From: an uncultured Clostridia bacterium
GTDB lineage: Bacteria > Bacillota > Clostridia > TANB77 > CAG-508
Assembly (NCBI GenBank): GCA_904419495.1
Contig: CAJFRV010000003.1
Span: 5,178 to 69,177, forward strand
DNA length: 64,000 nt
Reading direction: 5' to 3'
The notes under the pieces are model-generated. The model had not been told where the DNA came from and did not search any database. It saw nothing but the letters and a program-made list of their open reading frames with translations. Made by a program: the position numbers and the translations under genes. Below, in pieces: positions 7,980-16,359 of the stretch. The first letter of the stretch is position 1. The number at the start of each line of letters is the position of its first letter.

Positions 7980-8495
7980 ATAAAACAAGAATTACCAATT
8001 AATGGTCAAATAAGAGCAAAAGAAGTACAATTGATCGGAGACAATGGAGAGAAAATAGGCATTATTTCTTTAAATGAAGCTTTAGAAAAAGCAGAAGAAA
8101 AGAATTTAGACTTAGTTTTAGTAGCTCCAAATACAAATCCACCAGTTTGTAAAATTATGAACTATGGAAAATATAAATTTGAGCAAGCTAAAAAAGAAAA
8201 AGAAGCAAAAAAGAAACAAAAAAGCTTTGAAGTTAAAGAAATAAGAGTAACTCCAAATATCGAAGAACATGATTTTAGCTTTAAATCTAAAAATGCTAAA
8301 AAATTTATACAAGATGGGAACAAAGTAAAAATAACAGTTAGATTTAGAGGAAGAGAAGTGAACAATTCAAAAGCTGGTGAAGTTGTTTTAAATAAATTCA
8401 TAGAAGATATGAGTGATATCGCAGTAGTAGAAAAAGCACCAAAGCTTGAAGGAAGAAATATGTTTACAATTTTAGCTAAAAAAACTGAAAAATAA
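7980..8495 (+). CDS. infC: translation initiation factor IF-3, non-AUG (ATA) start
   Basis: IKQELPINGQIRAKEVQLIGDNGE is an IF-3 N-terminus. GGAGG ends at 7971, 8 nt before ATA 7980. The ORF-track TTG at 7965 overlaps the SD. Confidence 0.88.
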   Translation: MKQELPINGQIRAKEVQLIGDNGEKIGIISLNEALEKAEEKNLDLVLVAPNTNPPVCKIMNYGKYKFEQAKKEKEAKKKQKSFEVKEIRVTPNIEEHDFSFKSKNAKKFIQDGNKVKITVRFRGREVNNSKAGEVVLNKFIEDMSDIAVVEKAPKLEGRNMFTILAKKTEK

Positions 8496-8517
8496 AATAT
8501 GAAAGGAGACTATTATT

Positions 8518-8721
8518 ATGCCAAAATTAAAAACAAATAAAGCTGCAAAGAAAAGATATTCTTTAACAGCAACAGGAAAAGTAAAAAGAACAAAATCAAA
8601 CAGAAGACACTTATTAGCAAATAAAACTAAAAGACAAAAAAAATCAGGAAAAATTCAAAATGCTTATGCAGATAAGACATGTATGAATACAATCAAAAAA
8701 TTATTACCTTACGGTAATTAA
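8518..8721 (+). CDS. rpmI: 50S ribosomal protein L35
   Basis: 67 aa, starting [13 protein letters not shown]. Confidence 0.9.
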   Translation: MPKLKTNKAAKKRYSLTATGKVKRTKSNRRHLLANKTKRQKKSGKIQNAYADKTCMNTIKKLLPYGN

Positions 8722-8741
8722 TATGGAGGAGGGTGATAGAT

Positions 8742-9092
8742 ATGGCAAGAGTAAAAACAGCAAGAACAACAAGAGCAAGACATAAAAAAATATTAAAACA
8801 AGCTAAAGGATATTTTGGAGCAAAACATTATAGATTTAGAAATGCAAATCAAGCAGTTATGAAATCTTTATCATATGCTTATGTAGGAAGAAAAGATAAA
8901 AAGAGTAATTTTAGAAAATTATGGATAGCAAGAATTAATGCAGCAGCTAGAATGAATGGAACTACATATAGCAGATTAATTGCTGGATTAAAGAAAGCAA
9001 ATGTAACAGTTAATAGAAAAATGTTAGCAGAGATTGCAGTAACAGATCCAAAAGCTTTTACAGAAATTGCTGAAATTGCAAAAAAAGCATAA
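8742..9092 (+). CDS. rplT: 50S ribosomal protein L20
   Basis: [26 protein letters not shown]; start moved to ATG 8742, behind GGAGGAGGG. Confidence 0.92.
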   Translation: MARVKTARTTRARHKKILKQAKGYFGAKHYRFRNANQAVMKSLSYAYVGRKDKKSNFRKLWIARINAAARMNGTTYSRLIAGLKKANVTVNRKMLAEIAVTDPKAFTEIAEIAKKA

Positions 9093-9106
9093 AACTTATA
9101 AATAAA

Positions 9107-9142
9107 GTTATTTTATAGAAATAAAATAGCTTTATTTTTTTT
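9107..9142 (+). terminator. intrinsic terminator after rplT
   Basis: gttattttat / ataaaatagc stem with agaa loop, followed by TTTATTTTTTTT. Confidence 0.6.
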
Positions 9143-9285
9143 ACAAATTTTTTATAAAAAGTAGAAATATTACGAAAATATTACAAAAAAATTAAATTTC
9201 TGTAAAAAGAAATGGAAATATTGAAATAAATGAATAGACGTGATAACCTAATATAGAAGAAGAAAAATAAAAGGGGAATGAAAGA

Positions 9286-11997
9286 ATGAAAAATACAATG
9301 AAAAAAATTATTAGTCTATTAATTGCACTATTAGTTACATTTTCTTTTTGGACAGTACAAGCCAAAAGTGAGGTAGAAGAAAATACCACAACAATAGAAT
9401 ATTCAGAAGATTATAAAGCATGGCTGAATTTGAGTGAAGAAGATAAAAAAAGTACTTTAGAGCCAAGAAAATATGATATAGTAACTAAAAAAGATAATAT
9501 ATCTTATTTAAAAGAAATGGATAACGTATTTAAAATACAGCAATTATTAAGGGCGAACCTATCTGCTAAATATGATTTAAAAGATATCATTCCAGAAAAT
9601 GTTAAAATACGAAATCAAATGCAAACCAATTCTTGTTGGGCTTTTGCTACAATTGGTGTATTAGAGTCACATTTAGGGTTAAAAGATAAAAATAGTTCAA
9701 AACCAGTAGTTGCTTATGATTTTTCAGAAAAACATATGAATTATGGAACAGCAAAATCTGCATTTTTAGATGGTAAAACAAATGAATATGGATTTGCTAA
9801 AGAAGTAAGTGATGGCGGAAATTTCTATTTGGCAACACAATATATGGCAAATGGTCTTGGAGCTATAGATGAAAGTGATTTGCCATTTGTAAATAGCGAA
9901 GAAGATATAGATATTTCCGAAATACAAAATAAAGAAGTAAAAACAACATTATATGATACTGTAGAATTTCCAAGTTTGACTCCTTCAGAGAGAGAAGAAG
10001 TGATGCCAAGCATAAAACAACATATAGTAAATTATGGTGGAGTATATGCAAGTGTACATGGAGCTGCTATATTTAGTAATAGTTATAATAATGAAACAGG
10101 AGCAATATATTGTACAAGCGAGATATTAGAACCTAGAAATCATGCAGTTGTTATTATTGGTTGGGATGATAATTATAGTAAGGATAATTTTAATGAAAAC
10201 CATAGACCAGAAGAAGATGGTGCATGGATTGTTAAAAATTCATGGGGAGAAAGTATATCAGAAAAAATTAGTATATTAAAAGAGTCACTTTTTGAAGCAC
10301 AACAATCTACTTGTGAAGCAAATGGATGGTATTCACCAGAAGAGATACCAACAGAAGTAATTGTAGAAATGTATAAATCAAGTTATGGTGAAGACAAAGT
10401 TTCAGTTCAAGGTGAAGATATTATAGTTGAGATAGGAAATAAAGGATATATGTATATTTCCTATGAAGATTGTAATGTATATAGAAATTTAATAGGAATA
10501 GAAAAGGCAACTTATAGTAAAGATTATGACAATGTATACCAAAATGATATGTTAGGACCAATTAATAATATAGGCATTAATTCTCAAAATAATGTATATA
10601 TGGCAAATGTCTTTACAAGAGATTCTAGTGTACAAGAAGTATTAGATAAGATTACAATATATACATTTCAAGGATATACATGTAAAGTTCTAGTAAATCC
10701 AAACAATAACAGTAAAAATAAAAATGATTTACAGGAAGTCAAATTAAAAGATGGTAATAGTGAGACTATTGAACCGGGTTATCATACAATAGAGTTTGCA
10801 GAGCCTGTAAAATTAACAGGAGATTCATTTGTTGTTGTTGTACAATTAATTAATAATGATCAGATGAAACAAATTGCTTTAGAAAGTAAAATTGAAAATA
10901 GTATGTGGGAAGATGCAATTGTAAATTCTGGAGAAAGTTTTTGTGCGACAGAAACAGATTGGAATAATGGAGTATGGACAGACTTAGCAACAATGGAAGA
11001 TGAAAATTTAAGAGGAAATTTATGTATAAAAGCATATACAACTTTAAAGGAAGAAGTAGAGAAGATTACATTAACAGATATTTATGTTGCTACCCCACCA
11101 ACAAAAACAGTGTATACTGAAGGGGAAAGTTTTAACAAATCAGGTATGAAGGTTATGGCTAGATATAGTGATAACACTACCAAAGAAATAACCAATTATT
11201 CAATTATAGGAGGAGAAAATTTAACAATCAATAAAACAAATGTAACAATACAATACACAGAAGATGGAATTACTAAAACAGTTCAACAAGCCATAACAGT
11301 AAAAGCAAAAGAAGAACCAACTGACCCAGAAGAGCCAACAGATCCAGAGGAACCTGAAACACCAAAAGAAGAACCAACCCTATCAGATTTTACAAATGCA
11401 AAATCTAATGTAATAGAAACAAAAATGTATTTTAATTCAAAAGATATATTAAAAGGTTCATGCGAAATAACCGTTAAAACAACAGGAATTAAAATTGGTA
11501 ATGAAAGCAATACATATACATACTATTATTATATGACAGGGACACAAGGAGAAGAAAATATAGAAAATTGGATAAAAGCAGAATCAATAAAAGAAAATGA
11601 TGGAACATATTCAGTAATTTTTAAGGCAAAATCAGATGAATTACAAAATTATACAGACATAATAGAGTCTGATAATTTATATATATATCTAAAGGAAATT
11701 GCTGAACTAGAACAACAAAGTAAAGAACAAATTATTACATTAAGTGTAGATAGTTTAACAGAGCCAGAATGTTATATAGATGGAGAATATGTCGGAGGAA
11801 TAGAAGATGTGTTAAACTATATTAAAGAAAATAACGAAAATGCAAATCAAGGCAATGAAGAATCAAAAAAGGATAACACAGTTGCATCTGGAATATTACC
11901 TCATGCTGGAAGCTTTGCATTTAAAGTTATGATAGCTATTTTAATAGTTGCTTTTGGAGGATTTGCATTTTATAGATATAAAAATATAGATAGATAA
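9286..11997 (+). CDS. secreted, cell-wall-anchored papain-family (C1A) cysteine protease, Cwp84-like architecture
   Basis: Signal peptide ending TVQAKSE. Catalytic motifs NSCWAFA (Cys), NHAVVIIGWDD (His) and VKNSWG. An Ig-like module (ATPPTKTVYTEGESF..), an EEPTDPEEPTDPEEPETPKEEP linker and a C-terminal LPHAG + hydrophobic + RYKNIDR sorting-signal-like tail follow. Confidence 0.8.
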   Translation: MKNTMKKIISLLIALLVTFSFWTVQAKSEVEENTTTIEYSEDYKAWLNLSEEDKKSTLEPRKYDIVTKKDNISYLKEMDNVFKIQQLLRANLSAKYDLKDIIPENVKIRNQMQTNSCWAFATIGVLESHLGLKDKNSSKPVVAYDFSEKHMNYGTAKSAFLDGKTNEYGFAKEVSDGGNFYLATQYMANGLGAIDESDLPFVNSEEDIDISEIQNKEVKTTLYDTVEFPSLTPSEREEVMPSIKQHIVNYGGVYASVHGAAIFSNSYNNETGAIYCTSEILEPRNHAVVIIGWDDNYSKDNFNENHRPEEDGAWIVKNSWGESISEKISILKESLFEAQQSTCEANGWYSPEEIPTEVIVEMYKSSYGEDKVSVQGEDIIVEIGNKGYMYISYEDCNVYRNLIGIEKATYSKDYDNVYQNDMLGPINNIGINSQNNVYMANVFTRDSSVQEVLDKITIYTFQGYTCKVLVNPNNNSKNKNDLQEVKLKDGNSETIEPGYHTIEFAEPVKLTGDSFVVVVQLINNDQMKQIALESKIENSMWEDAIVNSGESFCATETDWNNGVWTDLATMEDENLRGNLCIKAYTTLKEEVEKITLTDIYVATPPTKTVYTEGESFNKSGMKVMARYSDNTTKEITNYSIIGGENLTINKTNVTIQYTEDGITKTVQQAITVKAKEEPTDPEEPTDPEEPETPKEEPTLSDFTNAKSNVIETKMYFNSKDILKGSCEITVKTTGIKIGNESNTYTYYYYMTGTQGEENIENWIKAESIKENDGTYSVIFKAKSDELQNYTDIIESDNLYIYLKEIAELEQQSKEQIITLSVDSLTEPECYIDGEYVGGIEDVLNYIKENNENANQGNEESKKDNTVASGILPHAGSFAFKVMIAILIVAFGGFAFYRYKNIDR

Positions 11998-12003
11998 AAG
12001 AGC

Positions 12004-12042
12004 GAGAGTGAAGAAGTACAAGCTTCTTTTCTCTCTTTTTTT
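12004..12042 (+). terminator. terminator after the protease gene
   Basis: gagagtgaagaag / cttcttttctctc imperfect stem followed by a T7 run. Confidence 0.55.
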
Positions 12043-12069
12043 GACAATAAACAGAAAAGATGTTATAAT
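12041..12069 (+). promoter_or_regulatory. consensus sigma-A promoter with extended -10
   Basis: TTGACA (12041-12046), 17-nt spacer ending in TGT, TATAAT (12064-12069). Confidence 0.65.
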
Positions 12070-12105
12070 ATCTAGCATAAAACACAGCAGAAAGGTGGAA
12101 ACAGT

Positions 12106-12435
12106 ATGAAAAATGCTAAAAACTTAAAAAATGTGAGTTGGCGGATAAGATATCCCAATCGATTGGAAAACGAGCAGTTTATACTTGAAAGAAAAAATTG
12201 GGGGTTTAGGCTACTGTATGATGTATATCTAAAGGGAGAGACACCATTGTTGCTTGGTAGCTGTATTGTAAAGGAAACGGATAATAAAAATGCGGACTGC
12301 AACTGTGAGGGAAAGTGCGTTAATTGCAAATGCAAGAAAGTACAGTATGTAGTGAAAGAATTCGTTGAAAAAGATTCACTTTTAAAGAAGAGAATGCAAG
12401 ATATACAGGCATTTGTAACTGAAGCTTTAAAATAA
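12106..12435 (+). CDS. hypothetical small Cys-rich protein
   Basis: 109-aa ORF behind AAAGGTGG, with a CNCEGKCVNCKCKK cluster. It looks locally less AT-rich than its neighbours. I recognise no family. Confidence 0.55.
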   Translation: MKNAKNLKNVSWRIRYPNRLENEQFILERKNWGFRLLYDVYLKGETPLLLGSCIVKETDNKNADCNCEGKCVNCKCKKVQYVVKEFVEKDSLLKKRMQDIQAFVTEALK

Positions 12436-12456
12436 TGATACTGTATGAAAGCCATG

Positions 12457-12483
12457 ACAGAGCAGGACTTGTTCCTGCTCTGT
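12457..12483. terminator. bidirectional hairpin between convergent genes
   Basis: Perfect 11-bp stem acagagcagga / tcctgctctgt with a 5-nt loop, lying between the 12106-12435 ORF and spoVAE. Confidence 0.55.
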
Positions 12484-12496
12484 ACTAATTTGTAAA

Positions 12497-12893
12497 CTAT
12501 TGTTTTTTCATTTTAGGCTTTGAAATAAGAGAAGCTAAGTATCCGAAAAAAATGGCAGCAGCAATTCCACCTGCAGCAGCTTTTACACCTCCAGTAAAAG
12601 CACCAACAAACCCTATGTTTTTAACTTCTTCAATTGCACCTTTAGCTAAATTATATCCAAAACCAGTTAAAGGAACGGTTGCACCAGCTCCTGCAAAGTC
12701 TACAAGATACTGATAAATACCTAGTCCTCCCAGAATAGCACCGTAAGGTTACAAAAGTTACTAAAATTCTAGCAGGTGTCAATTTTGTTTTATCAATTAA
12801 TATTTGACCAATTACACAAATTAAACCACCAACAACAAAACATTTTAAAAGTGTAGACCATTCAAAAACAGTTCCCCAATCTACATCATTCAT
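12497..12893 (-). pseudogene. spoVAE: stage V sporulation protein AE, interrupted by a 1-nt frameshift near 12743-12750
   Basis: The N-terminal 80-aa ORF (..FVVGGLICVIGQILIDKTKLTPARILVTFVT) loses homology after residue ~49. The SpoVAE-like continuation GAILGGLGIYQYLVDFAGAGATVPLTGFGYNLAKGAIEE...KPKMKKQ* is in another frame. The span is 397 nt, i.e. 3n+1. Confidence 0.8.
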
Positions 12894-12908
12894 AAGCTCC
12901 TCCTTGTA

Positions 12909-13913
12909 TTATAAATTTTCGATACTAATTGCATGGGCGATTCCCGGAATGGATTCTCCTTGCTGAGAACTTGTGGAATTCATTAAAGCTCCAGTAGCAA
13001 TTAACAATATTCTTTTTATTTTTCTTTCCTTTAATTGTTTAAAGAAATATCCAGAAAATACAGTACCACAACAAGCACAACCACTACCACCACTATGGGT
13101 ATCTTGATTTTCTTTATCAAATATTAAAACACCACAATCATTATAATTATTTTTTATGTTGTAACCATTTGTTTTTAATAAATCGATAGCAATATCTTTA
13201 CCAATATAGCCCAAATCTCCACTAATGATAGCATCATAATAATTAGGACTTCTACCTGTATCCAAAAAATGAGTAATTAATGTATCGGCGAAACTTGGTG
13301 CCATAGCGGCACCCATATTATTTCCATCTTTTATTCCCATATCAACAATTTTTCCGGGAGTAATGTGTGTAATATATGGACCAGAGCCATTTTTAGAAAC
13401 AATAGCAGCTCCAGAACCTGTAACAGTCCATTGACTAGTTGGTGGTCTTTGATTTCCAAGTTCGAGAGGAAAACGAAATTGCTTTTCAGCACTACAAAAA
13501 TGACTAGAAGTTGCACATATAACGTTTTTGGCAAATGCTTCTACACAAATAGAACCTAAAGTTAAAGATTCCACAAAAGTTGAGCAAGCACCAAATACAC
13601 CAAAAAAAGGTATGTTTAATTCTCTTAATCCAAAACTAGAAGAAATACATTGATTTAATAAATCACCGGCAAACATACAATCAATTTCGCTTGCTGAAAT
13701 GCCAGCTTTTTGAATAACCATATTTACGGTTTCTTTTATAATTTTACTTTCAGCTTTTTCCCATGTTTTTTCGCCCCAAAATTCATCCTCTAACGTTTGA
13801 TCAAAATATTTTGCTAAAGGTCCTTCAGCTTCTTTAGGACCAACAATAGAGGCACACTCTAAAATAGAGGGAGGAGTGCTAAATTTAATTGTTTGTTTTC
13901 CAAGCTTTTCCAA
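12909..13913 (-). CDS. spoVAD: stage V sporulation protein AD
   Basis: The N-terminus (M)EKLGKQTIKFSTPP...GPKEAEGPLAKYFD matches the SpoVAD N-terminus as I recall it. The fold looks thiolase-like. The start is placed at the second TTG (13913), 9 nt after GGAG. Confidence 0.88.
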   Translation of the reverse strand: MEKLGKQTIKFSTPPSILECASIVGPKEAEGPLAKYFDQTLEDEFWGEKTWEKAESKIIKETVNMVIQKAGISASEIDCMFAGDLLNQCISSSFGLRELNIPFFGVFGACSTFVESLTLGSICVEAFAKNVICATSSHFCSAEKQFRFPLELGNQRPPTSQWTVTGSGAAIVSKNGSGPYITHITPGKIVDMGIKDGNNMGAAMAPSFADTLITHFLDTGRSPNYYDAIISGDLGYIGKDIAIDLLKTNGYNIKNNYNDCGVLIFDKENQDTHSGGSGCACCGTVFSGYFFKQLKERKIKRILLIATGALMNSTSSQQGESIPGIAHAISIENL

Positions 13914-13996
13914 AAAATTCAACTCCTTTCATTGAATGTTAGGGATGTGTTCAATCGTTCAAAATGGAACGATTTAGCATGTCCCTAATGTTCAAT

Positions 13997-14464
13997 TTAC
14001 ACTAAAGTAATTGCTTGGGTATTAAATATTAAGTAAATAATACCTACTAAAATAGATGCAGATATACCAAACACTAAAACTGGTCCTGCAACAGTAAACA
14101 TTTTTCCACCAACTCCCATTACATAACCTTCTGATTTATATTCCATAGCAGGAGAAACGATTGAATTTGCAAAACCGGTAATTGGAATTAGAGAACCAGC
14201 ACCTGCAAATTTTCCAATTTTATTAAAAATGTTTAATCCAGTAAGAAAAGCAGATAAACCAATTAATAAAATGGAAACAATTGTCCCTGAAGTTTGTGTA
14301 TCAAATCCTCTATCTTTGCAAATATTAAGTATGATCTGCCCTATGGTACAAATTAGTCCGCCAACCCAAAAAGCATTAAAACAATTTTTAATAATTGGTG
14401 AATTTGGCGATTTTTTATCAACATATTCTTGATATGCTTTTTTTGTTTCTGTTGGATTTTCCAT
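13997..14464 (-). CDS. spoVAC: stage V sporulation protein AC
   Basis: 155-aa membrane protein with FWVGGLICTIGQ and GAGSLIPITGFANS. Confidence 0.88.
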   Translation of the reverse strand: MENPTETKKAYQEYVDKKSPNSPIIKNCFNAFWVGGLICTIGQIILNICKDRGFDTQTSGTIVSILLIGLSAFLTGLNIFNKIGKFAGAGSLIPITGFANSIVSPAMEYKSEGYVMGVGGKMFTVAGPVLVFGISASILVGIIYLIFNTQAITLV

Positions 14465-14486
14465 AATACATGATTCCTTTCAAAAT

Positions 14487-14714
14487 TTAAGCATCTTTAT
14501 TGTCTTTTCTATTTAAATCAATAGAAAACGAAATATCTAAATCAACAAAATATTCAGAAATTTTGTCCCCACTAATACTTGCTCTTTGCTCTAAAATTTT
14601 TACATCAGAAAGATAATCAATTGTTTTGGAAGCTTCTGCAACTGCTTTGACAATTGCATCTTTCCAAGAAACAGTTGAGTTACCAGTAATGATTAAATGT
14701 TTTTTGATTTCCAT
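14487..14714 (-). CDS. dodecin-family flavin-binding protein
   Basis: 75 aa. KHLIITGNSTVSWKDAIVKAVAEASKTIDYL..ISEYFVDLDISF aligns by eye with the dodecin pattern (VGTS..S.edA...A...A.kTl......V.e......g.i.eY.v...v.F). Confidence 0.65.
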   Translation of the reverse strand: MEIKKHLIITGNSTVSWKDAIVKAVAEASKTIDYLSDVKILEQRASISGDKISEYFVDLDISFSIDLNRKDNKDA

Positions 14715-14838
14715 AAATTTACCTCCAAATCTTTTAAAGGTATGATTTCCAAAAATATAAAAAAATATACAAAACAGGTAGAAAAAATATAATAAAAATT
14801 ATATAATTTAGAAAAAATAAAGGGAAGGAAAAGAATAC

Positions 14839-16167
14839 ATGGATGTTGTAAGAGAAGTAGCACTAAAAATTATTTATAAAATTGATAAAGAAAAAGCATA
14901 TTCTAATATTGTATTAGACGAAACAATAAAAGAATATAGAAATAAATTAGATGATAGAGATATTGGCTTTATATCTGAGTTAGTTTATGGAGTAATTACA
15001 TGGAAGCTAACTTTAGATGAAATTATAAAAAAATATTCTAAAATAAAATTAAAAAAAATTTCTCCATGGATTTTGAACATAATAAGAATGGGAATTTATC
15101 AGATTGTGTTTTTAGATAAAGTGCCAAAGTCAGCAGCTGTTAATGAAAGTGTGAATTTAGCAAAAAGATATGGACATAAAAGTAGTTCTAATTTTGTAAA
15201 TGCAATATTGAGAAAAATAGAGAAAAAAGATTATGAAGAATTATTCAGTATAGAAGATAATATTGAAAGAATTTCAAAAACGACAGCAATGCCTATTTGG
15301 ATAGTAGAAGAATTGTTAAAACAAAAAGATATAAAAAAGGTAGAAAAAATTTGTAAAAATTCTAATATAAAACCAAGGGTTACAATCAGAATAAATAAGT
15401 TAAAAACGAATAAAGAAGAACTTGAAAAGCTATTAGAAGAAAGAAATATAACATATCAAGAAGGAAAACTAGAAGATTTTTTGATTTTGGATAAAATAAA
15501 GGGGATAGAAAATTTAGATATATTTCAAAAGGGATATTTTACTATTCAGGACGAGGGAGCTGGATTGATCGCTTTCGCATTAGAAGTAAAACCCAATGAA
15601 ACTGTATTAGATGCTTGTAGTAGTCCGGGAGGAAAAACTACTTATTTAGCTGAAATTATGCAAAACAAAGGCGAAATATATGCATGGGATTTGCATGAAC
15701 ATAGAATAAGATTAGTAGAAGAAAATGCCAAACGATTAGGTATTAGTATTATTCATACGAAATGCCAAGATGCTACTTTATATAAAGAGGAATATAAAGA
15801 AAAATTTGATAAAATTCTTTTAGATGTACCGTGTTCAGGAAGTGGTGTATTGAAAAGAAAACCAGATATAAAATGGAAAAGAAAAAAAGAAGATATACAA
15901 GAACTTGTTCAAACACAAAAAACAATATTAGAAACTTGTTCAAAGTATCTAAAAGAAAAAGGTGAACTTATATATGCAACATGTAGTATTTTTGATGAGG
16001 AAAATCAAAAAGTAATAGAAGAATTTTTACAAAAAAATTCAAATTTTAAACAAGTGAAAATGAATATACAAAAATATGAAAATTATATAGATGAGAAAGG
16101 AAATATCCAATTATATCAAGGAATAGAAAATGATGGTTTTTTTATTAGTAAATTATGTAAAAAATAA
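14839..16167 (+). CDS. rsmB: 16S rRNA (cytosine967-C5)-methyltransferase
   Basis: 442 aa with a NusB-like N-domain, SAM site DACSSPGGKT and catalytic DVPCSGSG / TCS. Confidence 0.88.
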   Translation: MDVVREVALKIIYKIDKEKAYSNIVLDETIKEYRNKLDDRDIGFISELVYGVITWKLTLDEIIKKYSKIKLKKISPWILNIIRMGIYQIVFLDKVPKSAAVNESVNLAKRYGHKSSSNFVNAILRKIEKKDYEELFSIEDNIERISKTTAMPIWIVEELLKQKDIKKVEKICKNSNIKPRVTIRINKLKTNKEELEKLLEERNITYQEGKLEDFLILDKIKGIENLDIFQKGYFTIQDEGAGLIAFALEVKPNETVLDACSSPGGKTTYLAEIMQNKGEIYAWDLHEHRIRLVEENAKRLGISIIHTKCQDATLYKEEYKEKFDKILLDVPCSGSGVLKRKPDIKWKRKKEDIQELVQTQKTILETCSKYLKEKGELIYATCSIFDEENQKVIEEFLQKNSNFKQVKMNIQKYENYIDEKGNIQLYQGIENDGFFISKLCKK

Positions 16168-16212
16168 ATATTACAATTACGTTACACTTAGATTACAATT
16201 ACATTAAATATA

Positions 16213-16240
16213 TTGATTTTTAGATGAAAAATGATAGAAT
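16213..16240 (+). promoter_or_regulatory. promoter candidate for the pilus operon
   Basis: TTGATT (16213-16218), 16-nt spacer with TG at -15/-14, TAGAAT (16235-16240). The direct repeat attacaattac occurs twice upstream (16170-16180 and 16192-16202). Confidence 0.4.
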
Positions 16241-16359
16241 AAGTTAGAATAAATTAGGAGAATTGTTAAAAAATGTTGAAAGCTAGTAATTTATTCAAGT
16301 ATCAAAATTTATTAAGTGCAAAAAATAGAGATATATAAAATAAAAAAAAGGAGCAAAAG

